Shown: positions 25,490 to 37,632 of the stretch, piece by piece
How the letters are laid out: every line of letters begins with the position of its first letter
Position numbering within the stretch: position 1 is the first letter of the stretch
From: Felis catus
Taxonomy: Eukaryota
Length of the DNA stretch: 64,000 nucleotides
Assembly: GCF_018350175.1 (NCBI RefSeq)
Contig: NC_058373.1
Span: 99,946,001-100,010,000, forward strand
Direction of reading: 5' to 3'
Made by a program: the position numbers and the translations under genes
Notes under the pieces: model-generated
The model's input: only the letters and a program-made list of their open reading frames with translations
The model's database searches: none
What the model was told of the DNA's origin: nothing

Positions 25490-25882
25490 CTTTTTCAAAA
25501 TGGAAATAAATGTTTTATATTGTTAATCTGAAGAATCACAGTCATCAGGATGTCAATATGAAAGAGAACTATATGTTCTTATACTGAACACAATTTATGA
25601 AAAAAGATTGCAATTTAGTGACTCTCAGAAAGTGCAGACATAAAGACAGACCAGATTTGCTAGTCTCCATCTAGATCTAGAACTTCACGTTAGCAAAGTT
25701 TAAAGGTCTAAATTTTAATCAAGCTACTAATTAACGCACAGAATTTAGCTCAGCGACTGGTTCTAACTATATGACAATTTACTAGAGATTTGAGTTTATT
25801 GACAAGTGACTATACTGCCATATTTAAAAAACAGAAAAACAGTGTTTTGCTAAATACAGTGACTATACAATGTTTAAGATAC

Positions 25883-26049
25883 CTTAACAAGAGTAGAACT
25901 CCCGCTTTCCCCAGAAGACGCCAAGCAACCCATTCTGCAGTTCTTCTGTCAGCTTCATGTGTCGCTTGCTGACTAACAATAAAAACCAGTGGTAATCCTA
26001 GTTGCAGATGAACGGTTGAAACCTGTTGAGGGTCTTCAGCAACTTCAGT
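25883..26049 (-). CDS. TXNDC16: TXNDC16 coding exon, 167 nt ([56 protein letters not shown])
   Basis: Acceptor TTTTTAAATGAAG|ACT, donor TAAG|GTATCT; 165+2 nt; ORF 25810..26055. Confidence 0.96.
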
Positions 26050-26439
26050 CTTCATTTAAAAAGAGAACAAAATGTCTTCACTGTGAAGAAACACGGTTCC
26101 AACATTTGGATGTAAACTCTAATTCTTATTAATAAAGTCATGAGTAAGAAAACCAAGTCTGTGAAATAAATCCAACATTAACAGAAATCATCTCAGCATT
26201 TCCTGAGGTTAAGCTTCCCAATGTACCTATATAGTTCAAGCATTATAAAACTAACATATTTACAAAGAGTTAAACGTGAAATTACAATGACAAGGAATAA
26301 GCATATTATAAAGAAATAAACAAACAAAAAACAATAAATAAAACAGTGTGGTAGTGATAAATGAAGAGATATTTCAAATGAAATAGAATAACTAAGGAAT
26401 AAGTCCTTTCACATAAGAATTAAACATGTAATAAATGAC

Positions 26440-27740
26440 ACAGAACCATGAGGAACATCTGAGTTTGGACAGCAGCTTGAACATATACATCTAATTTTAC
26501 TCCCTCAAGAAGTCCCAGGAAAACTACAGCAGGGAGATTTTTTTAAAAGAGATAAACATACATATGTGAAGAAAGGAAAAGAGAGAAGGCAAAAAATTTT
26601 TGGAAGCTAAAGAACAGAATAATAATGGACTTAGAGTCTAACAAAGCAAACCCATAAGCCATGAGAGAAAGCTAAGAAACAATTCAATTTTAACTGCAGA
26701 ATCCTACAATTGCTCAAGATCGGTCAGTGCCTGGTATCTCTGATACTGGGAGAGAAATACTGGAGGGGGAAGTGGCAAAAAGGCTAAAAAATAAGGAGGA
26801 ATGGGTAAAAGCTTTGGAGAGAAGTTAGATCCAGAGATTCCTCTCCCTGACTCTAAGAGCTCAGGCAACTGTCCCTCCCTCACACCAGAAGAAATCTGGG
26901 GGGGACTTCAGGAAAGCTGAAAGTGTGAATACCACGCCAGAAGAGAGGGGAGTAAGTAACCAAATGCTGAGGCACTCCTAGCTCCCTACCCACTCAGTTC
27001 CCAGAATATAGTGGCCAGACTTCTGTCCTCCCAGCAGAAGACTGGAAGATCCTTTTCCAAGAATTGTGAATAACCCCAAGAAAAAATCTGAGTATACTGA
27101 CATTAGGGTTCATCAAAAAGAAACACCCTATGGAGCTCAGAGTTAACGAGTCTCATCTACATTCTCAGAACTTCCAATCAGCTTTTTAGTTTCATATTCT
27201 AACTCACAAACAGATATCCAAGAAGTAACAAACATCTGAGGAAAGCCTCTAACATAAAAGAGACCAGAACAAACAGAAAAATAGAGAACATGGAAAAAAT
27301 ACAGACTATTCAGGAGGAAGGTTCAGAAAACTACTTCTCATAAGCTCAAGGTGATGGGAAGATATTGCATCCATAAAGAAATAAAAAATAAAGTTTAATA
27401 AATCTGCCAGAAAGTACAGCAAAAAATGAAAAATGGGAGAGAAAATGTAATAAAGGTGAAGGACTGGTTCAAGAGGTCCAATGCCCAACTAAGGGTCCCA
27501 GAAAGAGAGAAGGAAGAAAATAAAAGGGGAGAAATCATCACTGAAATAAACACAAAAGTTTTCTATGACTGAAGGAACATAAACTGCCAGACTGAAAGAG
27601 CCCACTGAGTAACCAAAGAGTGGATAAAAGCACATACACAGGAAGATGTATTCTTGCAAGGTTTGCAATTATTGAGGATTTTTTTTAATCCTAAAAGTTT
27701 CTAAAGAGAAACTTTTTTCTCTTTAGAGAAACAGTATTTA
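26440..27740 (+). mobile_element. Ancient L1/HAL1-like 5'/ORF1 relic
   Basis: A-rich plus strand with gtcccagaaagagagaa, ccagactgaaagagcccactgagtaaccaa motifs typical of old L1 ORF1 regions; family uncertain. Confidence 0.5.
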
Positions 27741-27743
27741 CCG

Positions 27744-28030
27744 ATGGTAGGCGGAATCCTAAAATGGCCCCCAAGATTCCCAGCATACAAATCTTGTATA
27801 ATCCCAATTCCTAGGATAGCCATTCCCTTAATTAGGTTACATTATAGAAGACTGTCATAGCACAATGCAGCCAGAGCCCTGCTGGCTCTGAAGGAGGAAG
27901 CAGCAATTTTTTGAGAAGACCATGTGGCGAGGACCTGAGAATAGCCTATAGGAGCTGAGAGCAACACCAGCCAACAAGCAGCAGGGAAGTGGAGACATCT
28001 TACAACCGCATGCAACTGAATTATACCAAA
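27744..28030 (+). mobile_element. MaLR LTR relic (MLT1E/F-like)
   Basis: tggtaggcggaatcctaaaatggcccccaagattccc ... ccatgtggcgaggacctgaga...ctataggagctgagagc ... acaaccgcatgcaactgaatt. Confidence 0.7.
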
Positions 28031-28251
28031 GCTGGAATGGGTAGAACAGCATGAAGGAATAGAAAGACCTGTTTTCTTCTTTGTGTATTTGGAGAACAAT
28101 AAGTAATTTAGCATTATAAAGTGAAAAGGAGGAACAAGCAATAAGGATGGAGATCTAGCAAGGGCCCAAATTATTAAAAACCATTATATCCTCCAAAGAA
28201 AGTAGGGCTTTCTTCTGTAAGTAAACTGAAATCATTTAGAAACTGTAAGAT

Positions 28252-28468
28252 GGGTGCCTGTGTTGGTCAGTCAGTTAAGCTCCAACTCTTGATTTTGGGG
28301 CTTAGGTCATGATCTCGCAGTCGTGAGATCGAGCCCCACTTCAGGCTCTGTGTCGAGCATGGAGCTTGCTTAAGAGTCTCTCTCTCCCTCTGCCCCCTCC
28401 CCTGCTCACACATGCATGTGCACACACACACTCTCTCTCAAAAAAAAAAAATATTATAAAAAAATAAA
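28252..28468 (+). mobile_element. Can-SINE (older subtype)
   Basis: Diverged head, B box gagatcgagcccc, CT tract, A tail; TSD aac(t)tgtaaga. Confidence 0.9.
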
Positions 28469-28609
28469 CTTGTAAGAAATATTGTAACATGTGTTTAAAA
28501 ATATTACTCTGACAGCAATAGTGAGTATAAACTCAACATGATTAAAAAAAAAAAAAAAAGGGAGGACTAGAGACTAGATCAGTTACTATTACTAAAATAG
28601 GACATGAGA

Positions 28610-28828
28610 GGGGCGCCTGGGTGGCGCAGTCGGTTAAGCGTCCGACTTCAGCCAGGTCACGATCTCGCGGTCCGTGAGTTCGAGCCCCGCGTGGGGCTCT
28701 GGGCTGATGGCTCAGAGCCTGGAGCCTGTTTCCGGTTCTGTGTCTCCCTCTCTCTCTGCCCCTCCTCCGTTCATGCTCTGGCTCTCTCTGTCCCCAAAAT
28801 AAATAAACGTTGAAAAAAAAAATTTAAA
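28610..28828 (+). mobile_element. Can-SINE, young felid subtype
   Basis: CpG-rich; perfect TSD aaaataggacatgaga at 28594-28609 and 28829-28844. Confidence 0.96.
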
Positions 28829-29755
28829 AAAATAGGACATGAGAGTTGGTGAAAACTTCAATTAAGGCATTAGCTGTTAGAATGAATTCAAAAGATATCT
28901 AGGTTGTAACATTATAGAGGTGGGGAGATGCAGAAAATGAGAATGATTTCCCAGGTTTCTGCTACTAATGACTAGACAGTAAATTAACAAAGATAATGGA
29001 GAAAGAACAGATGGTGGAGAAGGACAACACATTGATGTTGGACATATTGAGCTTAAGGAGAGATACAGCTAATTAGTAGTTAGATATACAAGAGATACAG
29101 TGTAATTAATAGTTAGATATATGGGTCAGAAAGTCCAAAGAAAAATTTGATCTGAAAGTTCTGATTATCAAATCAGTGTAGTTAATGCTATAGAAACAGA
29201 TAAGATCACTTGGAGGGTATATTCTGAGCATCTCTCACTGTGTATATAGAAAAGTACTCTAAAACCTAATGGCTTCAAATAACAAGAATCACTTATTTTG
29301 TTCATATATTTGCAAGCTCATCTCTGCTCCATATGGCATTAGCAGGGCGCCTGGACTGGATGCTGGAGGTCGGCTTTAAAGATGGATCATTCATTGGCTA
29401 CCAAGCTGATGCTGACTATAGGAGCTCAGCCATCGCTGTGCACTAGGGGCCTCAATTCCTCTTCACTAGAATTTCTCCTCAGATTTAATGTCACAGCATG
29501 GTACCTGGGTTTCAAGAATGAGTAACCAAAAAGAACAAAGGAGAAGCACAAGGCATTTTGTGACATATAGCCTCAGGAGTTACACATCATCACTTCAGCC
29601 CCATTCCACTGGTGAAGGCAGTCACAGAGGCCCAACCAGTGTCAAGGAGAAGGGCACAGACTCCACTGGATAGGCACAGTGATAAGGTTAGCTTATGGAT
29701 AAGGAGATGCTTATGGAATGGGAGATATTGTTATTTCCATCTTTGGAATATACAA

Positions 29756-29945
29756 TCAAAGTCTGATGGGATAGGGCTTTGGAGGTCTTGGAGAGAGGAA
29801 CCAGTGTATTTTGCAAGTAGGAGAGATGTGAATTGTTATGGTCAGTAGTCTACCCTCTGGCTGTAACAATTCACACCTCCCCCCACCCATATGCAAAACA
29901 CACTTATCTCAAAGATTCTCAGGCTTCATCCCATCAGACTTTTGA
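29756..29945. repeat. Imperfect inverted repeat with ~90-bp arms and almost no spacer
   Basis: aaagtctgatgggat (29758-29772) is the exact reverse complement of atcccatcagacttt (29928-29942); inner blocks agtgtattttgca / tgcaaaacacact and tgtgaattgtta / taacaattcaca also pair. Confidence 0.88.
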
Positions 29946-30282
29946 GGATCAATGCAAAGTCTAAGATCTTATCCTCTACATTCAGGTCCAGGTGTTGATG
30001 AAGTTCCTCTAGTGTAGTCCCAAGGACAGAGGACCTTCAGAACTGTTCTCAATCTGAAGACCTATGAACTAAAGAGATAAATTATTTGTCCCTAATACAT
30101 ACTCAACAATGACTGAGCAGGCACGGGATGAGGGCTATATACACTCCTGTTTCAAAGGAGAGAAAAAGGAGGCACACAGTAATCATTAGGGCACAGGGTT
30201 CTTTAGTACATCCAGGTACATGTTGCCAGTTAATTGATTATGGCTCAGTCCTACTCCCTAAGGGTTGTTCTCTGAGGCTTTT

Positions 30283-30504
30283 TTTTTAAATTTTTTTTTC
30301 AACATTTATTTATTTTTTTGGGACAGAGAGAGACAGAGCATGAACAGGGGAGGGGCAGAGAGAGAGGGAGACACAGAACCGGAAACAGGCTCCAGGCTCC
30401 GAGCCATCAGCCCAGAGCCTGATGCGGGGCTCGAACTCACGGACCGCGAGATCGTGACCTGGCTGAAGTCGGACGCTTAACCGACTGCGCCACCCAGGCG
30501 CCCC
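30283..30504 (-). mobile_element. Can-SINE, young felid subtype
   Basis: Perfect TSD tctctgaggctttt at 30269-30282 and 30505-30518. Confidence 0.96.
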
Positions 30505-30560
30505 TCTCTGAGGCTTTTAATGATAAACTCTGGGCTCTCTGTCCCCCAGCTCATCCTTTC

Positions 30561-31181
30561 TTTCTTTTTTTTTTTTTTTCAATATATGAAATTTATTGTC
30601 AAATTGGTTTCCATACAACACCCAGTGCTCATCCCAAAAGGTGCCCTCCTTAATACCCATCACCCACCCTCCCCGCCCTCCCACCCCCCATCAACCCTCA
30701 GTTTGTTCTCAGTTTTTAACAGTCTCTTATGCTTTGGCTCTCTCCCACTCTAGCCTCTTTTTTTTTTTTTTTTCCTTCCCCTCCCCCATGAGTTTCTGTT
30801 AAGTTTCTCAGGATCCACATAGGAGTGAAAACATATGGTACCTTTCTTTCTCTGTATGACTTATTTCACTTAGCATAACACTCTCCAGTTCCATCCACGT
30901 TGCTACAAGCGGCCATTTTTCATTCTTTCTCATGGCCACGTAGTATTCCATTGTGTATATAAACCACAATTTCTTTATCCATTCATCAGTTGATGGACAT
31001 TTAGGCTCCTTCCATAATTTGGCTATTGTTGAGAGTGCTGCTATAAACATTGGGATACAAGTGCCCCTATGCATCAGTACTCCTGTATCCCTTGGGTAAA
31101 TTCCTAGCGGTGCTACTGCTTGGTCATAGGGTAGGTCTATTTTTAATTTTTTGAGGAATCTCCACACTGTTTTCCAGAATG
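30561..31181 (-). mobile_element. Young 5'-truncated felid L1 (about 620 bp; ORF2 C-terminus, 3' UTR, poly-A)
   Basis: ORF 30808..31191 gives an uninterrupted L1 ORF2p C-terminus ([18 protein letters not shown]...HMFSLLCGS); T-tract at left; perfect TSD cccagctcatcctttc at 30545-30560 and 31182-31197. Confidence 0.96.
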
Positions 31182-31368
31182 CCCAGCTCATCCTTTCCAG
31201 TTTACAAAAAAAAGGTGCTGTGTCTGCAGCTGAGTAGATTTCTCAGCCTGTTCCTGCTGATAGAAATTTGGGGATCCAAAGAACTCTTCATTTTGTGCTG
31301 TTTCTGTGCTGTGCTGTGTCCCTTTCTGTATAAGCTGGTGTAATTCTTTTAAAAACTTGTAGTTTCAT

Positions 31369-31585
31369 GGGGCGCCTGGGTGGCTCAGTTGGTTAAGCGG
31401 CCAACTTTGGCTCAAGTCATGATCTCGCGGTCCGTGGGTTCGGGCCCCGCGTCGGGCTCTGTGCTGACAGCTCAGAGCCTGGAGCCTGTTTCAGATTCTG
31501 TGTCTCCCTCTCTCTGACCCTCCCCCGTTCATGCTCTGTCTCTCTCTGTCTCAAAAATGAATAAACGTTAAAAAAAAAATTTTTT
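31369..31585 (+). mobile_element. Can-SINE
   Basis: Full length; TSD aaacttgtagtttc at 31353-31366 and 31586-31599. Confidence 0.95.
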
Positions 31586-31699
31586 AAACTTGTAGTTTCT
31601 TAATCATAAAAGCTATAATCCATTCCATTAAACAAAAGACAAAATCAAAAAAGTCCTTGATAGAAAAAGTAAAAGATTATTACCATAAAAATTGCAATT

Positions 31700-31885
31700 A
31701 GTAATTTTATATATCCATAAAAATACTATGTACTTTATGTAAAATACTATAGTAATATATATTTTAGAAAACAGTATAATATATATTTTATATAAAATAC
31801 ATAAATGTTTTATAGTTGATATTTTTATAAAATATTTTATATTTTTTATAAAATATTTTATGTATTTTATGTAAAAATATATGAA
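31700..31885. repeat. AT-rich degenerate ~20-bp tandem/low-complexity tract
   Basis: Recurrent taaaatactat and taaaatattttat units. Confidence 0.7.
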
Positions 31886-31889
31886 TTGT

Positions 31890-32106
31890 GGGGCGCCTGG
31901 GTGGCGCAGTTGGTTAAGCGTCTGACTTCAGCCAGGTCACGATCTCGCGGTCCGTGAGTTCGAGCCCCGCGTCGGGCTCTGTGCTGACAGCTCAGAGCCT
32001 GGAGCCTGCTTCCGATTCTGTCTCCCTCTCTCTCTGACCCTCCCCCATTCATGCTCTGTCTCTCTCTGTCTCAAAAATAAATAAACATTTAAAAAAAAAA
32101 AAAAAA
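31890..32106 (+). mobile_element. Can-SINE
   Basis: CpG-rich full-length copy with a long A tail; no clear TSD. Confidence 0.95.
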
Positions 32107-32107
32107 G

Positions 32108-34976
32108 ATGCTATGAACTACTATACACCTATACCTTGGATAAACTAGAAGATGTGGATAAATTCCCAGACACATACAACTTACTAAGACTGAATATGTA
32201 GAAATAGAAAATCTGAACAGACATATAACAAGGAGATTGAATCAGTAATCAAAAACCTCCCAACAAAGAAAAGCCCAGGCCCAGATGGCTTCACTGAAGA
32301 ATTCTATCAAACATTAAAGAAGAATTAATGCAAATCCTTCACAAACTCTTCCCAAAAAGAGAACACTTCCAAACTCACTGTAGGAGGCCAACTACTTTGA
32401 TACCAAAGCCAGGCAAGATACTGCAAGGAAACTGCAAGAAAATATCCCTGACGAATACTGATGCAAATATCCTCAACAAAGTACTTGTAAACTGAATTCA
32501 ACAGCACATTAAAAAAAAACGAAACCCATTAGCCAGTAGAATTTATCCCTGGGATGAAGGATGGTTCAAAATCAATCCATGTAATATACTACATTAGGAG
32601 GACAAAGGACAAAAATCACAAGATCATCTCAACTGATGAAGAAAAAGTATTTGATCAAATTTAACAGTCTTTCATGACACAAACATTCAACAAACTAAGA
32701 AGAGAAGATTACCTCAACATAATAAATGTTATATATGAAAAGCCCACAGCTAAAATCAGACTCAACAGTGACAAACTGACAGCTTTTCCTCTAAGATCAG
32801 GAACAAAGCAATGATGCCCACTCTTGCCACTTCTGTTTAACATAGTAGTTAGTTAACAGAGCAACGAGGCAAATCAATCAATCAATCAATAATAAATAAA
32901 TAGCATACAATTAAAAAAGAAAAAGCAAAATTATCTCTGTAGACAGATGACATGATCTTCTATGCAGAAAACCCTAAAGATTCCACAAAAAGTACTGTCC
33001 AAACTAATGAATGAATTCAACAAAGTTGCAGGATATAAAATCAACACTGAGAAATCAGTTGTGTTTCTATGCACTAACAAGGAGCTATCCAAAAAGGAAA
33101 CTAAGAAAACAATCCCATTTATAATAGCGTCAAAAAGAATAAAATACTTAGGAATAAGTTTAACCAAGAAAGCAAAAGACTTATACACTGAAAACTATAA
33201 AACATTGCTAGAAGAAATTAAAGAAGATGCAAATAAACGTAAAGACATCCCAATCATGTTCGTGGGCTAGATTTAATATTGTTAAAATGTCCATACTACC
33301 CAAAGTCATCTACAAATTCAATGCAATCCTTCTCAAAATCCCAATGGCATTTTTACAGAAACAGAAAAAAAAAATCCTAAAATTCATGTGGAATCTCAAG
33401 GGACACCAAATAGCCAAAAAAATCTTAAGAAAGAATAAAGCTGGAGGCCTCACAACTCCTGATTTCAAAACATACTGCATTTAAACACAGACCAATAGAA
33501 CAGAATAGAGAGCCCAGAAATAAGCTCTTGCATACATGGTCAAATAATCTTTGACAAGGGAACCAAGGCTATGCAATGGGTAAAAGAAAGTCTCTTCAAC
33601 AAATGGTGCTGGGAAAACTAGATATCCACATGCAAAAGAATTAAGAAATTTTCATCTTATACCCATACAAAAATAACTCAAGATGAACTAGCAACCTAAA
33701 TGAAACTATAAAACTCCTAGAAGAAAATGTAGGGGAAAGCCTTATGACACTAGAACACAAATGATTTCTTGGAAATGACATCACAGGCACAGGCAACAAA
33801 AGCAAAAATAGACAAATAGAACTACATCAAACTTAAACACGTCTGCACTGTGGGACGAAATAATCAAAAAGGGAGAAAATACTGCAAGCCATTATCAGAT
33901 AAGGGGTTAATATCCAGAATAAAGAACTACAACTTAACAACAACAACAACAACAAAATAACAATTTAAAAAAGGGCAAAGGACTGGAATAGACATTTCTC
34001 CAAAGAAGATATACAAATGACCAACAGGCATATGAAAAACTTAACTGATCATCGGGGATATGCAAAGTAAAACCACAGTGAGATTATCAAAACCATTAGA
34101 ATGGCTAATATTAAAACAATAATAACACAAAATAACAAGAATTGGCAAGGATGCGGAGAGATTAAAAACTCTTGCACACAGTTGGTGGGCATGTAAAATG
34201 ATGCAGCCACTATATAGAAAAGTATAAAGTTTGCTCAAAAAATTAAAAACAGAACTACCATATGATCCAGCAAGTTCATTTCTGGTATATATCCAAAAGA
34301 ATTAAAAGCAAGATCTCAAAGAGAGATTTGCAAACCCATCTTCACTGCAGCATTATTCACAATGGCCAAGATGTGGAAGCAACCTACTCATCAATGATAA
34401 ATCAATAAATAAAATGTTATACATAACACCTCAAGAAGGGAGGTGGGTGTGGGGATGGGTTAAATAGGTGATGGGGATTAAGGAGTATACTTGTTGTGAT
34501 AAACACCAAGTGATGTATGGAAGTGTTGAATCACTATATTGTACACCTGAAACTAATATTACATTGTATGTTAACTAACTAGAATGTAAATAAAAAGTTT
34601 TTTTTAAGAATGCCAATATTCACAACATAGAAAAAAAGAAGGTAATCCTGACAAATACTACAACATGGATGAACCTTGAGGACATTATGCTAAGTGAAAT
34701 AAGCCAATTACAAAAAGACAAATACTACATGATTCCACTTATATGAGGTCTCTAAAGTAATCCAATTCATGGAAACAGAAAGCAGAATGATTGCCAAGGC
34801 TGGAGAGATGGGGAAATGGGGAGCTGCTTCTCAATGGGTACAGAGTTTCATTCATTCAAGATGAAAAAGTTCTAGAGATCTGTTGTACAACAATATGCAT
34901 AGAGTCAACAATACTGTTTTATACACTTATAAGAGGGTAAATTTATGTTATGTATTTTTTGCCACAATAAAAAAAA
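32108..34976 (+). mobile_element. Older L1 (L1MA/L1MB-like), ORF2 RT region to 3' end, frameshifted; contains a separate carnivore L1 3' tip at ~34436-34600
   Basis: ORF fragments 32962..33270 ([17 protein letters not shown]...IKYLGISLTK) and 33227..33484 are L1 ORF2p; ends in cacaataaaaaaaa. Confidence 0.92.
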
Positions 34977-36465
34977 GGAAATGAGGCAATAATGAAAGGA
35001 GCCAACACCCTGCTATATATAATGCTGCACACTGCCACATGAGTCTTCAAGGAATAAGAGAAGCTAAATGAACAAACCATAATAGCATCCTTCTAATTAC
35101 CTACAGAAAAGAGTAGGTTTAACTTAATTCAAGTGTCTTGAATCTGAGACAGAGAGCTTTCTCAGATGCACAAACAAAAAATTAACATTTTCAGATAAAT
35201 TATACTACATTTTTATCTGTTTTTAAACATTTTATCAGATATTTGGACTTGAAGAGTCTCCTTGGTATCCAGATAAAAGCTTTATTTCTATATACCAGAA
35301 TAAATTGAATCCAATATAGAGAAACCCATCAGCATCTAAAATGTTTTTGGTATTAGCCAACAGGACAATAACCAAATCATCTTCCTATCTATCTTCAACA
35401 TTGGGAACCTTAAGAAGGCATCTAGGTAACTCCATACCTGCCAGAATGTCTCTTAACCAATTCAAGATTGAAACCCACTTAAAAATTCTATGTTCAAGAT
35501 TTATTTTCAGTTTGTGAGGATTAAAATGACATGCCCACAACCTGATTATAAGACATAGTTGTGTTATATATCTACAATTAAGTATACAAGCACTCTATCT
35601 TCTTAATACACACACACACTCCCAATATTCACCTACTTTCATATGCTTAGAAGTGAAATAATAATGTCAATCATTGCAATGATCAAGCACACAAAAAGTC
35701 TGCAAAAAAGTCCAAATCCCAGTTTATAGTTTTATTAATGTTTACAGATAATGTAAACACATGAATTATCTCATATTCTGGACCCACAAGCTTAGGCTAG
35801 TTTACAAGACACCTTACTAATCATACAAAACCTAACTATGATTGAACCCCAAAAGCCTGTATATAGATTAATGTGGAAGACAATAAAGGAGGAATGGTTA
35901 AGAGAAATGTGAGAGGGGAGGATGAGCATCAGTGGGGTTGTGAGAAAATAAGAACAAAGTAAGAAACACCACCAAAGTAAACTACTACTAAGTCTTATTG
36001 TTAAGAACTTGTAAGAAGTAATTAAATTTAGGTACTAACTTCAAGGACCTCTCTACTGCCACCCCCATTCCCTGTTCTAGCTTACTATACCATCAAAAGG
36101 CATAAACCAGGTACATCAAATCTTGTTCTAAGAGGTGTTTTCTGTCAGTGTTTGGCCTTTGTTTTTTAACCTCCAGGGTTTTCTCCAAGAACAAAAACAA
36201 CCTCAAATACTGATGTAGCCAAATGTTTAAAATACCAAGATGGAAAAGTGACCAAACTAGCTCAGAACCCTTTATCATCTTCCCATTCCTGCAAGGGTAA
36301 GCTTTAGCCATCCCACCAAGAGTCTCAGGGAACCTTACATCAAGGCTTGTCTCCCTTTTCTGTACTTTGCATTCATTTGCTCTGTTCTGATGGGGACAAA
36401 TCCACTAATCTGTCCTTTTGGACTGCCAAGGCTTTCTAGGCTGACACCAAGGTTTAGAGTTTAGA

Positions 36466-37137
36466 GATTAAGAGTCTCTTATGGTTTGCCTCCCTCTCTG
36501 TAACTATTTTTTTTCTTCCCCCATGGTCTTCTGTTGTTTCTCAAATTCCACAAATGAGTGAAAACATATGAAATCTGTCTTTCTCTGACTGACTTATTTC
36601 ACTTAGCATAATACCCTCCAGTTCCATCCATGTTGTTGCATATGGCAAGATTTCATTCTTTTTCATCGCTGAATAGTATTCCATTGTATATATACCCCAT
36701 CTTCTTTATCCATTCATCAGTTGATGGACATTTGAGCTCTTTCCATAATTTGGCTATTGTTGATAGCGCTGCTATAAACATTGGGGTATATGTGCTCCTA
36801 TGAATCAGCATTTTTGTATCCTTTGGATACAATAGCACTAGTAGTGCTAATGCTGGGTTGTAAGCTAATTCTTTTTTTTTTTAAGTTTATTTATTTTGAG
36901 AGAGAGTGAGTGGGGGAGGGGCAGAGAAAGAGGGAGAGAGAGAATCCCAAGCAGGCTCCACACTGTCAGTGTGCAGAGCCTGATACAGGGCTTGAACTTA
37001 CAAACCACGACATCATGACCTGAGCCAAAGTCAAGAGTCGGACGCTTAACCAACTGAGCCACACAGGCTGCCCTTAGGGTAATTCTATTTTTGATTTTTT
37101 GAGGAACTTCCACACTGTTTTCCAGAGTGGCTATACC
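36466..37137 (-). mobile_element. Felid/carnivore L1 ORF2-end/3' UTR fragment interrupted by a SINE
   Basis: ORF 36653..36838 (TPMFIAALSTIAKLWKELKCPSTDEWIKKM); L1 sequence resumes at 37075 after the SINE. Confidence 0.9.
36872..37073 (-). mobile_element. Can-SINE (older subtype) inside an L1
   Basis: Reverse copy; imperfect TSD taagctaattc / tagggtaattc. Confidence 0.92.
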
Positions 37138-37425
37138 AGGAAACAAACTCCATTTTAGAAGGGACTTGGATTGACTAGTATTACTAGTAATTACTATTGG
37201 GTGAATAGTGGCTTGGAGCAGGGGCACCTGCTCTGCACAGTTCTAGGAGTGCCATTTACCTTGTTCTTTCTAGAATGTATGTTTCAGGAGCTGCCATTCA
37301 CATATAATATAATACAAATGGTGTACATGGCATCGTGCTTTCAAGGAAGGCCACATTTCACTGAATACCAAGTCATTATGAAATCTTCAGAGTTTTTGTT
37401 TTTTAATGTCAAAACTAGCATTACA

Positions 37426-37632
37426 GGGGCACCTGGATGGCTCAGTCGGTTGAGCATCTGACTTTGGCTCAGGTCATGATCTCACGGTCTGTGAGTTCAA
37501 GCACATCAGGCTCTGTGATGACAGCTCAGAGCCTGGAGCCTGTTTCAGATTCTGTGTCTCCCTCTCTCTCTGCCCCTACCCGGCTCATGCTGTGTGTGTT
37601 TGTGTCTCAAAAATAAACATTTAAAAAAATTT
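37426..37632 (+). mobile_element. Can-SINE
   Basis: ggggcacctggatggctcagtcggttgagc head, A tail; imperfect TSD aaaactagcatt / aaaactaacttt. Confidence 0.93.

Larger units (their letters stand above)
29240..31660 (-). mobile_element. MaLR (MLT1H/I/J-like) LTR at ~29240-29757 plus internal-region relic, interrupted by SINEs and an L1
   Basis: aaaacctaatggcttcaaataacaa...gctcatctctgctccatatggcattagc...ccatctttggaatatacaatc, then ctaccctctggc...aattcacacctccc...atgcaaaacacactt (internal start); boundaries approximate. Confidence 0.65.
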
